From Cetorhinus maximus (lineage: Eukaryota): 64,000 nt of DNA. Shown here piece after piece: positions 13,701 through 26,654 of this stretch. Below the pieces are notes generated by a model. That model saw nothing but the letters and a program-made list of their open reading frames with translations. It had not been told where the DNA came from and did not search any database. Location of the stretch: contig NC_135903.1 in assembly GCF_964194155.1 (NCBI RefSeq), positions 8,308,001 through 8,372,000 of the forward strand, given 5' to 3'. Position numbers and translations under genes: made by a program. Within the stretch, counting starts at the first letter, position 1. The number at the start of each line of letters is the position of its first letter.

Positions 13701-15696
13701 TAAGCACCAACTTCTGGGATTTCCCCATCTGTCCAGCCTAACTCCACAGTGGAGAGCACAGGCAGAACCATTGTTAACATGGACAAAGACAGAGGGGGCA
13801 AAAACGGAGAACAGAACACGTGGCTTAGAGATTACTCTCAGACAACAAAAACTTGTGCTTATATAGCGCCTTTAATGTGGTAAGGGCTCCAAGATGCTTC
13901 AAAGGAATACGATCAAACAAACCTTGACACCAAGCCACATTAGGACAGGTGACCAAACGCTTGGTCAAGCAGGTAGGTTTTAAGGGGTATATTAAAGGAG
14001 AGGTAGAGTTGCAACGATGTTTAGGGAAGGAATTCCAGAGTTTTGAGCCAGGCAGCTGAAGGCATGGCCACCAAAAGAGAAGTGATGAAAATCAGCAACA
14101 CGCAAGAGGGTAGAATTATAGTGGTGCAGATATCTCGAAGGGCTGGAGAGGGTTACAGAGCTGTATAAAGCAAGTACATTTCACCCTTGTGGCTGATGCC
14201 ATCATTTCAGCCGCTGGAGTAAATTACAGTCTTATTACTCGGTCCCAAACATCCATAATACCACTCATTTCAGCAACAAATAAATATTTTTTTTCGCAAA
14301 GCCTATGAGCCACCAAATTCCAAAACAAAACTCTGTTGGAAAAGGCGTTCACATCATCTGTGTGGGCGAATAAAAGGAGAAATTAATAAATGAAAGGGGA
14401 ATTTTGTAACTGGGGAAAATGATGTCCAAATTATTTCCTTCTGTGGGCCCCAACATAAATCACAAAAGTGAAGAAAAAACAGAATGATTGTCCTGTGCAC
14501 ATGAGGTTTATGATCCCTGATCACTGATAGATCACTAAGACAGTTTTGGTGTCCATGAAGTGTGTTTGATCACTGCTCCACTGCCATTTATTATTTATCT
14601 TCCTCTCCCATCACTTTCACCCTAACTGCTGTTTACTTTCTCTGGCCATTGCAATGCATGCTTAATCAGTCTCAACTGCCACTCCCCAAACTCCCATTCA
14701 ACAGCTCCCTTTACAGCCTCCTGGCTTTATGCAGCTTTCTCCTTGGCCAGAATGGCTTGACTTTCTGACCTTTCACCTCCACCTTCCTAGTTATGCACCA
14801 AGGTCAGTCCTTTTGAGGATCTGAAGAAGTTCTTTCATTAGCATCAAAGAGAAAAAAAAAACAGATTTTCAATTCTAATGCAATGCCAAATGTTTTACTT
14901 CCTAACATTGAGCTATATTACCCTAAACTTTACTAATTGTCACCTTTCTCACTTTTTCTACCCTACAACTTTCAGGATTTTAAAACTCAAAGCTTCTAAA
15001 TACTACTTCCTAATTTACCTAACAGTAACATAGGAAGACGTGTAGGCCATTTAGCCCCTTGAGTCTGTTCCACCATTCAACGAATGGCTGATCTGTGACC
15101 TAATTTTATACACCCACCTTTACCTCATATCCCTTCTTAAAAAATTCGTTCCTGGGATGCGGGTGTCGCTGGCTAGGCCAGCATTTATTGTCCGTCCCTA
15201 ATTGCCCCTGAGAACTGAGTGGCTTGCTGGGCCATTTCAGAGGGCATTTAAGAGTCAACCACATTGCTGTGGGTCTGGAGTCACATGTAGGCCAGACCAG
15301 GTTATGGAGGCAGATTTTCTTCCCTATAGGACATCAGTGAACCAGATGGGTAAATTAATTCTTCCCTTAATTCATCCCGTTAATATAACAACCTCTTCTT
15401 AATATAATCACCTCTTCTAATCTCTTCAATTTAGTACAGTAGTGCCCCACAGTGACACTTTGACTTTAATTCAAAAAAGTAATTGCAAACAGGGAATCTC
15501 AGTGAAGCAAGCACAATAAGGTATGGGAGATGGCAGGGGATGGGGGAGTAGAGACTTTCTGATTCATGCATGATGTCTTGACTTTTAAATAATAAGTCTA
15601 AGAGTGATGAAGCAGAGTTGCTTGGAGCAAAGCAGAACAGGCTGAGGATGGAGAACTGAGGGGCTAAAGTGCTATCACTAAGCAGGAGAATGTAAT

Positions 15697-17197
15697 CATT
15701 GCTAACAAAAAGAGGATTTTTTTTTGTTGTCGGAGCTTTTTGTCTTATATATCAGGACAATTCTCAATAATACCAAATGTAAAGGGAACAACAATTTATA
15801 CTGTATAAGGGAGTGCTGATTGGTTGGCAAGTGGACTCTGGTAGAGGTGCTGCCATGGATCACACACCAGTGGATGGTGACTGACAGTTAACTGCCAAGC
15901 ATTGTTTGAAATTTAAACCAGGCAGCTTGACTCTGATTGGTCAAGGCATTGCCTGAGGAATGAACCAGCGAATGGCTGTCATTTATTTTGTTCAGCTGAA
16001 ACAGGTGCAATGTATGTATATTTTCTTTCTGTCTGCAAAGAACAGGGCCATGTATATGTAGCTTCCAGTGCTTGCAAATGTGCCACATTGAGAGCCGGAC
16101 TGATGACCTTAAAATTGGTTGGTCAGTGTAATTCTTAGCACAAAGAATTACTTAGAAAATATTGTCCAATCGCCAAATTACGTCTAATGTTAATCACATC
16201 TAATGTTGGACATTGTGTTTTGAGTTTTGCAAACACGGGCTGGTTGGGTACAGTCTGTGAACAGCGGAAGTGACATGTTGTTTGCTATGATCCACCAGTC
16301 CTTGGGACGTGCGGCCAACGTACTTAGCATCACACGGGCACTGAAATTCATATACCACATTACTCGTTTGTGGGATAGGCAGAACATCTTTTTGGCTTGA
16401 CAGCAGCGTCCTGTTAATGGCAAATACCAATTGTGTCGCTACTGCATGAACTCAGTCTACCTCAGATCACTCTGGAAGGGAAAGTTATCTCAGAAATTTG
16501 AGCAACAGGTGAAGCTAGCCGTTTCACGCTGCTACTACGCAGTAACAACACAAGTGGTATTCGCCACTAACAGGATGCTGCCATCAAGCCAAAAAGACGT
16601 TCTACCTATCACACAAAGGAGTATTGTGGTATGTGAATTTCAGTGCCCGTGTGATGCTAAGTATGTTGGCCGCACGTCCCAAAGACTGGGCGATATCAAA
16701 CAACATGTCACTTCTGCTGTTCGCAATGGGCAGGGTACAGGCTGTACCCAACTTATATAAGCTTATATTTCACCTCTTTTCTATTTTTACTTAGTTCTGT
16801 TGAAGAGTCATATGGACGCGAAACATTAACTGTATTCCTCTCCGTAGATGCTGCCAGACCTCCTGAGTTTTTCCAGGTATTTTTATTTTTGTTAAGTGAC
16901 AGTCATTCACTGGTTCATTCCTCAGGGCAATGCCTTGACCAGAATCAAGCTACCTGCTTTAAATTTCAAACAATGCTAGGCAGTTAACTATCAGTCACCA
17001 TCCACTGTGCATTCTCCCTGGCAATGCCTCCACCAGAGTCCACTGGCCAACCAATCAGCCCTCTCTTCCTATACAGTAAAAATTGTTGTTCCCTTTACAT
17101 TTGGCCATCTTGCGAATTGTCCTGATGAGTGCAAGATAAAAAGCTTTGACCAAAAAAAACCTCTCTTTACAGCAATACTCAAATTCTGTACTACCAA
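15697..17197. mobile_element. Penelope-like retroelement remnant with GIY-YIG endonuclease fragment, head-to-head inverted duplication
   Basis: ORFs 16200..16430(-) and 16431..16760(+) both encode VV(Y/C)EFQCPCDAKYVGRTSQ, a GIY-YIG motif pair with Cys spacer. The 3' UTRs are mirror copies, each ending in a decayed hammerhead. Confidence 0.85.
16753..16892 (+). mobile_element. Hammerhead-family short element nested in the Penelope right arm
   Basis: AGTT-CTGTTGA-A-GAGTC(ATATG)GACGC-GAAACATT-AACT plus the family tail. Confidence 0.8.
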
Positions 17198-18381
17198 AAG
17201 CATGCAATTACAGCATGACAAGTTTACATAGGTGTTTCACGTTATAAATTCCTATGTCTATGCTTATAATGTGGAAAGCTGAAAGGAAGCATGTGGTGCT
17301 GTCCACATAGTCAAGACAAAGTATGTTCTCTCTGCTGGAGCAGGGTTAGATGGTGAGTGAAAGGAAAAAGAAATGTAAAGCAATCCCCATTTTAACATCA
17401 CACATTCAGTCCTTTTTATATTTCCAAGACTCCACTTGTAATGCCTATGTAAACTTGTCACGCTGTAGTTACACTTTTCCAGAACATCTACTGATGGAAA
17501 CTAGAATTACAGTGTGACATGTTTGCACAAGTAGTCTTCACTATAAATATGAGTGTTAAAAAGTTGGCAGGTGGATAGCCAAATCTTGGCAAGTAGTGGC
17601 ACCTTCAGGAAAGGAGGGGAAATAGAGAGAGCAACAGAAAAGAGAGGGGAGAGAATGAAGGTGAACAGAGAGGTGGACAGGAGAGCAGAGAGGAGAGGAG
17701 AACTCAGGAGAGCTGAGAGGAGTGGAAGGAGCAAAGGGAAAAGGTAGGAGGAGTGCAGAGAGCGATGGGACCAATGAACTGCATCTAAAGATTAAATTCA
17801 TTTTACTATGAGTATTGTTTTTATTACTTCATGGGACTTGGGCATCACTGGCAAGGACAGCATTTGTTGCCCATCCCTATTTGTCCTTGAAATGAGTGGC
17901 TTCCTAGGCCATTTCAGAGCGCAGTTAAGAGTCAACCACATTGCCGTGGGTCTGAAGTCACATGAAGGCTAGACCAGGTAAGGACGGCAGATGGGTTTTT
18001 ACAACAATCAATGATGGTTTCATGGTCACTGCTACTGAGACTAGCTTTTGCTTTCAAGTCCATATTTTATTAATTGAATTTAAATTTCACCAGCTGCCAT
18101 GGTGGGATTTGAACCTACGCCCCCAGAGCATTTGCTGCGGCCTCTGGATTACTAGTCCAGTGGCTTTACCATGACACCGCTATCCATGTGTGCAGACATC
18201 CCTAGCTAATGACACCAACAAATGTTCTGATTTAGCATTTATTCACAAATGAATCTTTTCCAAACCTCGAGGCCTATAAAATTCCAAGATGACAAACCAC
18301 AAAATGTGAATCATAACCATAAACAGAACCAAGTCGCTTGAACGCCTGAGCCTGATGTAGTTAGGACATTTCTGCTCCAAA

Positions 18382-19186
18382 GGACTGGATTTAATGGGGC
18401 ACCACAATCCCCCTGGTTGGTGGGGAGTCCACCCACGATCCCAATTGCTGCCCCACAGCCATTTAATGCTGGGAGCTGCATTAAGTGATTGGGACTCCTG
18501 CCCCTCTCTCATGACGAAGTTGCACCTTAGAGAGCCGCTGGCTGATTGGATGGCCAGCAGCTCTGCAGTACCAGCAGCTCCACTGGGAGCGCTGCTGGCC
18601 CCTGATGGGGCTACAGGCAGTCCATCACACCGAGGAACCTGTGGTTGGTAAGTCCGGGACAGGCCTTGACGAATGGGGTGAGGGGGGAGGTGAGAGGCCA
18701 GCTGGGAGGTTAGAGGGAGGGAGGGGGGGGGGGGGAGGTGTGCCTCCAATGGGCCCAGGGGGTTTGGAAGAAGCGTGATATTTGACTTGAAACATTAGTT
18801 CTGTTTCTCTCTCTGCACCGATGTTGCCAGAGCTGCTGAGCGTTTCCAGCACTCGTTGTTTTTATTTGAGAAACCCCCCCCACATTGCCAACACAAGCCC
18901 GTGCAGCTAAAGATGCCGGGCTTCCCGGATGACATGGGCCTATTGTCACTACGGGTAAAATAATGGCGGCAGCAGGTTGAGGCTCTTAAGTGGCCTTTAA
19001 CTGGCCACTAAATGGCCTCAATAGGCCCAAGGGTGAACAAGTTGCTCGACAGCTCCCCTGTTCCCCCATTTAATCAGGGCGGGGGCAGGGGCAGGCAGAC
19101 AGGCGGTGGGCACGACGCCCGTTGGATTTTGTGTGTCGCCTCCCGGCCTTCAAACCCACCAGGAAGGGGAGAGCACGATCCAGCCC
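18382..19186. mobile_element. GC-rich MITE with 3-bp TSD (AAA); a related right end at 1-241
   Basis: Termini GGACTGGATTT / GGGCTGGATCG(rc). AAA flanks. Carries a nested hammerhead-family fragment. Confidence 0.7.
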
Positions 19187-19250
19187 AAAATGTCTCTCTA
19201 GGAGCAACACAGCGCTCAGGAGAAATGTGAACCTAATGATTACCACCTAC

Positions 19251-19368
19251 CGGTTTGACTGCTTTCCACTGGGTTCAGCAGTGAAGTAATGGATGAACCA
19301 GGGGTAATCGGACCTCCAAAGACATTGGAAGGAGTGAGATTATACGATGAACCAGGTAAGGAAAACAC
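19251..19368 (-). CDS. MLLT6: MLLT6/AF17 coding exon (118 nt, phase 0/1): VFSLPGSSYNLTPSNVFGGPITPGSSITSLLNPVESSQT
   Basis: Acceptor ttctttatgcag|GTG, donor ACCG|gtaggt. Resembles AF17 VFSLAGSTFSL...ESSHT. This frame is absent from the ORF track. Confidence 0.9.
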
Positions 19369-22043
19369 CTGCATAAAGAAAGCAGTACAGTGTTAAGGCG
19401 CGACAATGTCAAGTTAAAGGTGTTGTTGATGCATCTCATTTTACTTTTGCTATAAAGAGGAACTCGCCCCACAAGGAGTGCTCTCCCTCTCTCGCATCAT
19501 CCACTGAGCTCTTAACAATCTTTATTCTCCTCTAAAGGAGACACAGAAGAGAGTATTTTCATGAGTACAGTTCCTTTGCAAGTGCTGAAAAATGCAAGCA
19601 TTTAAAGTCTTGTGTGGGCCACACATTTCCTGTTTTTGAAAATTGCTGCCTGTTTGAGGACTTGTCACTATCTTTCTGTCAACATTTTCCATTGTGAAAT
19701 TGCTGCATCAAACATTCCCGTTCAATTTTGCTTTTGTCAACCACCACGGTGTATTTGCAACCTCTGGTCACTAAATGTCTCTGTGGAGCAGGTTTCTGAG
19801 GTCTCTCCAAATTCTGCCACCATTTTATACATTAAAAAAAGAATCACAGAATTGTTACAGGACAGAAGGCCCATTGTCTCTGCACCAGCTCTCCAAATGA
19901 GCAATTTACCTAGTGCCAATCCCCCACCTTCTCCCCATAACCCTGCACATTCTTCCTTTTCAGATAACAGAAAAACCCCTGATATATGCACAAACTGAGC
20001 ACAGACAATAAAACACAATTTACTAGCTGCATTAAAAATCTCCCATTGCTGCTTAGAGATATCTTTCATTTCATTACTGACACCCCACAACACCCTCAAC
20101 TGTTCTGGTTGATCTAAAACCTCTCGTGATAACCTGAACAAAAAGAAAAATTGAAATTGAGAAAAATAAATCTCAACATTAATGGTAATATTTTCCCAGG
20201 TTCTTCCATTCCTCTCCGTGTTCAGCGAGGGGGTTGGGGGGGTATGCCATCCAAATAACCATTCTTTAATACGCAGGTTGAGACAGTGTCAATAGGCTAA
20301 ATGACTAAAGACGGAATCACCTCCACATGTGACCCTTTCCTCACTGGTCACTGGTTAATGATCAGAAGCAAAAAAAGCCTGGCTCTTCCCCTGGTAAAAC
20401 CCACCCAACCTCCCCCTTGCCCAGTAGCAGTGAGGCCAATTATCTGACTTGTGGCCCAAACTACTGCAGCACAGACCTGGCGCTCGTCCTGCATGAGGCA
20501 CTGGGTAAGTATTAGAAGCAGTAACGGTTCTAAATTGGGGAGTGCACTTAGAATAGATTAGCTCATTTATAGTGCGTTTCATTTAGTTTGACTTTTAAGT
20601 GGAACCCTGACGGTGAAATTCCCCCTTTAAGAGCCTGGTTTGGGATGAACTCCCTTGTAAATAGTGGATTGTTCCCAATCAAAGGTTTTCCCGACTGCAG
20701 CAGTCTCTCAACTTCGTGTTCAGTAGCGCCAATAAAAATAAAACACGCTTGCACAAGCTACATAAAATGGTTATAAATCTCACTCTGCTATAAACATTTA
20801 AATACGTTCTGTGTACTGGCTGCATGTTTTAAAAAAAAAAGTGGACAAGGCTACCAATTGGAGAACTGATTTACTTCCCAACAGAATCGCAAATTATTTA
20901 CATTGCAGGGGGATGGCACTGGAACTGGTTGTGTCAAAAATGACAAAGTGTTAAGTGCAGAGTGATACAAGGCAGAAACAGTAGCCAGCCTGACCTATCA
21001 GTCCCATCCCATTTCATCAGGAAAGGGAGCAAAAGCGTAAAATCGAGAGCCAGAAGAGGCCATTCGGCCCATCAAACCAAGTCCATGGAGAGGCCGAGCC
21101 TGGTTTAATCTATCCCTGCGCGCTGCCTAAAAATCTGTTAATTCACTGCTTTTTGTAACTTGGGCTCAATGCATATAGCATTCTCAACTTTGAGTTACAT
21201 CGGTGTGGGTTCATGTCCCACTCCACAGAGACTTGAGCACAAAATGCAGGTGAAAGGTGCTAGATAAATGCAAGTCTATATTTTGTTTCTCTGGTGCGAC
21301 TTTCATTGATAAAACAAGTTGCTTTACTTTTCCAACTTGGCCCATCTCAGCACATTGTTTTCAAGCACGACTTCATCGGATTCTGTTCATTAAAAAAAAT
21401 ATATTCTTTTAAGGCACAGACCAAAGTTTACTTTCATTTAAATGAGTCCAGCAAGTTGCCATTTTCAAGGAAAAATGAATGGAATCATGGAATGTGATCC
21501 TCAAAGCTACCAAAGAAAATCCCAGATACTCCAGAGCGCCAAGTTAAAAATAAAACTGCAATTGGACTTATTCACTCACTAAGAACCAGCTAATTAAAAA
21601 GGAAGCAATCATGGGCCTTGATCCTCAAAAATCTCAGGAACTGTCAGAATCCCATGCAATTCGGTAGCTCCAACTGTGATATTTCACATCAATATTTTAT
21701 CCATCTTAGCTCACTTTTTTTTTGATACAAAGTAGTTAGGATTCAGCGAGTAAATGCACAAGTCTTGACTGTTCAACCCTGAGTTCTATTTCAAGTTTCA
21801 TTTAAAAGTTATGCAGCCAACAATAAATCTCAGTACAGGTCTCTATGTCAGACCCATTTAATCTCCTATGTGACATAGTGTAGTCCTCTCTTTCCAGCAA
21901 AAAATAAAGTCACAGGTCCACGAGTAGATTAAGACCAATAAACTGAAAATCATTCACAACAAACCAAATACATGTGTGCACAGTTGCATGTCGATATGTG
22001 GAACATTCCTCTTAACATGATCATTGAAGATGCATGTGTTTAC

Positions 22044-22088
22044 GTGTGTGTGTGTGTGTGTGTGTGTGTGTCTGTGTGTTTGTGTGTG
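22044..22088. repeat. (GT)n microsatellite
   Basis: Directly visible. Confidence 0.95.
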
Positions 22089-22409
22089 CATGCATTTGTC
22101 TATATATAAACCACTCCTCTTAACAGAATGGCTTTACAAACCCAGGACTTGTTGGTTTTACTGCAAAAGAAATGATTTGCATTCATGCCTTCCCCATCTT
22201 CAGGATGTCCCAAAGCTATTGACAATTCTTTTTGAAATACAGTCACTGATGTTATCTTGGCAGCCAATTTGCATCCAGTAAATTCCACAAAACAGTCATT
22301 GCGATAAGTAGCTAGCTGAGTTATGAGGAAGATGTTGGGCAATGGATGAATGTTGGCCAGGACGCCAGGAGACCTCCCTGTTCTTTTTCTTGTCACTCCT
22401 ACTGGCTGT

Positions 22410-22830
22410 GTCAGTGCCATGGCCCAGTTGATAGCACTCTTGCCTGAGTCAGAAGGTTGCAGGTTAAGCTCCATTGCAGGGATTTGAGCACAAAAATTAA
22501 GGCTGACACTCCAATGCAGTATTGAGGGAGTGCTACCCTGTCGGTCTTTCAGATGAGATCTTAAAACCGATGCCCCGTCTTCCCTCTCAGGTAGAGGCAA
22601 AAGGTCCCATGGGTCCATTGCGAAGAGGGGAAGGGGAGTCCACCTCAGTGTCCTGGGCCAATATTTATCCCTCAATCAACATCACAAAAACAGATTATTT
22701 AGTCATTATCGCATTGCTGTTTGTGGGAGCTTGCTGTGATCAAATTGGCTGCCACATTTTCTACATCAGTAATTACACTTCAAATGTACTTCTTTGGCTG
22801 TGAAGCAATTTGAGATGTCCTGAAGTCATG
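22410..22830 (+). mobile_element. Deu-domain tRNA-derived SINE (SacSINE1-like), near full length
   Basis: tRNA-like head, then the Deu core cattgctgtttgtgggagcttgctgtg..caaattggctgcc. Confidence 0.88.
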
Positions 22831-23464
22831 GAAAATCTCTCTCCATATAAGCACGTTGTTGTTTGAACCAGCACCACTAGGTGAAGTTGTGGACTAGTAG
22901 TCTCAGTGCCATTGGTACTCATTCAAACCAAAGTATCATAAAACGCTAAAGGAGCCCACAGCCTCTCCTCAACTTGTGAATGGCTTCCAGATGCTCAAGA
23001 AGGCTTTTTATTTTTAAACTGTGCTTTACAAACTCCTCTGAGGAGTCTGCATCAGGCCACTTTACAAACTGCAATCACACCTCATCATTTCCTGTCCAAC
23101 ACCTCTTTAAACTGAGCATCAGGTTGGAGGACAACTGCACACGTCTTGCTCTCTCTCGACATCTCTGCAGCAAATCACCAGGTTTATTCCATGAACATTG
23201 TGGCTTTTTTTTAATAACCGTATACGAATTAGTGACACTTCACACTACAGGTGAGTTTGCCTTCCTTATCTTGGAAGGATCAGAAACCAGGATAATGTGG
23301 CTCCCCCAATTCTGTCTTCCTCTTGATTACAGACAGACCTTTCCCTCTTTCATTCCTTCTTCCCCCACCATGCGGTCACCCCATCCACCATCCCCACCGC
23401 CAAAAACACCCCACAATATTTCTGTCTCTGCATTTGCCCAAGAATTGTTAAATCTCAAATTTTT

Positions 23465-23575
23465 TCCAGTTCTGATGGAAGATCATTGACTCTTTGTCAT
23501 TCCCTCTGCACAGATGCTGCCTGCCCTGACAAATGTTTTCTCTTTATATTCCAGATTTCCAGCATTTGCAGCATT
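23465..23575 (+). mobile_element. Degenerate copy of the hammerhead-family element (other + copies at about 18765-18870, 43360-43460, 51885-51975; tail only at 47915-47972)
   Basis: cagttctgatg...cacagatgctgcc...cagatttccagcatttgcagca resembles the better copies. Confidence 0.7.
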
Positions 23576-23679
23576 ATGAATTATATGGGAGACTGCCCAA
23601 CACACAAATTCCCAAAACCTGATCTCATGTGTACAGGCAGAACACGCTTTTAATTACAAGGAAAGAATCTTGTGAGCAT

Positions 23680-23701
23680 CGTTCTCAGTTGGTTGCACTT
23701 A

Positions 23702-23734
<33 letters not shown>

Positions 23735-24280
23735 CCAATCCAGACACTTGGCCACTTAATCCAGGCTGACATTCCTGGTGCAGTAATGAGGGGGTGCTGC
23801 ACTTTTGAGGATGCCATCTTTTGGATCAGATGTGAAACTTTGCAGGTTGACATAAAAGATTCCATGGCACTATTTCAAAGAACAGCAGGGGAGTTCTCTC
23901 CTGACTTCTGTTCAATATTCGCTCTCAATAAAACAGATTACCTGGTAAATATTTCACTGCTGTAAGGACGAGCTTGCTGTGAGCAAATTGGCTGCTACTT
24001 TTTCCTACATTTCAATAGTGGTTACATTTCAGTTAAATACTTCATTGGCAGGTTCTCTGTTTCTCTTCATGTTGGCGGAGGAATAAACATTTGCCAGGCC
24101 ACCCAGAGGAACTGCCCTCTGTAAATAGCACCATGGGATCTTTTACCTGAGAGAGCAGCACTCCCTCAGTACTGCACTGGAGTGTCAGACTGGATTAGGT
24201 AGCCAAGTATCTGGAGTAGGACTTGAACCCACAACCTTCTGACTCAAGTGCTAGACTCAACTAAGCCATGGCTGACACTT
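23680..24280. mobile_element. Two Deu-SINEs tail-to-tail (+ 23680-24050, - 24075-24280)
   Basis: Heads point in opposite directions; Deu core in the plus copy. Confidence 0.8.
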
Positions 24281-25100
24281 AACACAGTTCAAATGGACAC
24301 GCCTTTAAAAAGATATATAGAATTTTATTGTTTTGCGTCAATTAACTCCTTTTTCACTAATTAACCTTTGAAGTGATAATTGGTAATTGCAATAAGGCAG
24401 CCTGAAGGGGAGATGGTAGGGGAAACAAATACTAGAATTGCGCATTTAGGGTGTTGTTTTGTGCCTGGGGCTGAGTAAAGAGAGCTTCACTCTGCAGTGA
24501 ACTGTGCTGTCCCTGACCTGGAACTATGGACACTGCATCCCCTGAGCATATAAGAACAGAAGAAATAGGAGCAGGAGTAGATCATATGGCCCCTCGAGCC
24601 TGCTCCACCATTCAGTATGATCATGACTGATCTTGGGCTTCAAGTCCATTTTCCCTCCCGCTCCTCATATCCCTTGATTCCCTGAGACACCAAAAATCAG
24701 CCTGTCCCAGCCTTAAATATATTCAACATGGAGCATCCACAACCCTCTGGGGTAGAGAAGTCCAAAGATTCACAATCTTGATGCTAAATGATTGTTCCCT
24801 TATCCTGAGGCTGTGCCCCGGTGTTCGAGACTCCCCAGCCAGGAGAAAGAACCTCGGTGTCTGCCCTGTCAGGCTCCTTTGGCATCTTGTATGTTTCAAT
24901 GAGATCGCCTCTCATTCTTCTGAATTCCAGAGAGTGTTACAACACATTGCTCGAATTCCCCAGACTGCCTTTCGCGTTGTGTGTGTCTTCGCTTCCCAGC
25001 AAAGTCAGGGTTAATAGTGATTTTGAGGCAGGTGAGGTGTTGGGTCATGTAGTGGAAATTGCAGCTCTGTGCAGTTCCTGAAGCACAGTTCAATGTTTAA

Positions 25101-25114
25101 CCAGCAGGTGGCAG
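25101..25114 (+). promoter_or_regulatory. CTCF core-motif match CCAGCAGGTGGCAG
   Basis: Fits CCASYAGRKGGCRS and lies outside recognised repeats. Motif match only. Confidence 0.35.
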
Positions 25115-25891
25115 TCCATACTCTGACCCCAGCTCACCATAATCTCAGCCTTCCACACTCACCAACCCATCAAATCCTCACTGGATTCACTCCTGGCTTG
25201 GAAATGATGACACAAAATGTTAAAACATTAGGATGCTTGGGGACTTCTTCACAATTCAATCTCTGATCTCAGCTTGGCAGAAAGCAGCTGAAAAACTGGC
25301 CAGAGCTACTCACCACAGAATTGAACAGTACAGGAGCTAGCCTTAAAATAAAAGGAAAACTTGCATTTATTTAGCACCTTTCACAACCCGAGGACATCCC
25401 AAAGCACTTCACAGCCATGGAAGCATTTCTAACAGGGTAGTCACTCTTGCAATGTGCGCATAGCAAGATCCCGCACAATCAATGAAGTAAATGAGCAGAC
25501 AACCTGTTCATTTAGCGACGTTGGGTTGAGGGGTAAATGTTGACCAGGCCACAGAGGGGAACTCTCAGATAAGCAAAGAGGAAAATTAATTGTTGACTTC
25601 TGGGGCGAGGAAGCAAGACCTGCTGCCTTTTTGGGGTCGTTTTCTCCAGCACTGCGTTCAATCCCCCTACAATCAGAGCTCACTCACCAGCATCTTATCC
25701 AAGCAAGAGCCTAGATTGCTGGGGAGCCGTTTAACCACAAGGGGCCTCATGACAAAGCACAGTCCTATTCTCACCCAGCAACGACCCGTTTCTGGCTGAG
25801 CTCACTGCAAGGTTAACTGTAGCAGGGACCCTCGTTCTGGGAAATTAAAGATCCAACGGCACTAGCTGATCAGCAGGAAGGTCTCCGAGCG

Positions 25892-26466
25892 AGAGAAAAA
25901 CAGAAAATGCTGGAAAACCTCAGCAGGTCTGACAGCATCTTTGGACAGTAAAACAGAGCTGATGTTTCGAGTCCGTATGACTCTTCTCCAGAGTTAAAGA
26001 GAAGTGGAAATGTGATGAAATTTATACTGTTTAAGGGGGGGAGGTGGTGGAGCAGGTGAAGCTGGATAGAAGGCCAGCGATAGGTGGGGGCAAAGGAAAG
26101 ATTGACAAAGATGTCATGAATTAAAGGACAAAGGGAGTTTAATGGTAGTTGTAAGGGCTAAAACTACTACCACTAACCACGACCATTAACACTCCCTTTG
26201 TCCTTTCATTCATGACATCTTTGTCAATCTCTCCTTTACCCCACCTATCGCTGGCCTTCTATCCAGCTTCACCTGCTCCACCCCCCCCCTTAAACAGTAT
26301 AAATTTCATCACATTTCCACTTCTCTTTAGCTCTGAAGAAGTCATACAGACTCAAAACGTTAACTCTGTTTTTCTCTCCACAGATGCTGTCAGACCTGTT
26401 GAGTTTTTCCAGCATTTTCTGTTTTTCTTTCATATTTCCAGCATCCGCACTACTTTGCTTTCATCT
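25892..26466. mobile_element. Hammerhead-bearing Penelope-like element as a roughly 250-bp-arm inverted repeat
   Basis: Arms about 25894-26146 and 26182-26428. Flanked by AAGGTCTCCGAGCG (25878-25891) and AAGCTCTCCGAGTG (26467-26480). Confidence 0.85.
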
Positions 26467-26654
26467 AAGCTCTCCGAGTGTCCTGGCTAACACACTTTCC
26501 TCTCCCAATACCCTTAATAAACCACCCAACTGATCATCCATCTCTTCCCTGTTTGAGAGACATTGGTGATAAAATGGCTGCTGTATTTGTTTTCTACATG
26601 ACAAATTTTGAATGGGCTTCAAAAATATTTCATCTTCTGAATATATATAATAGG

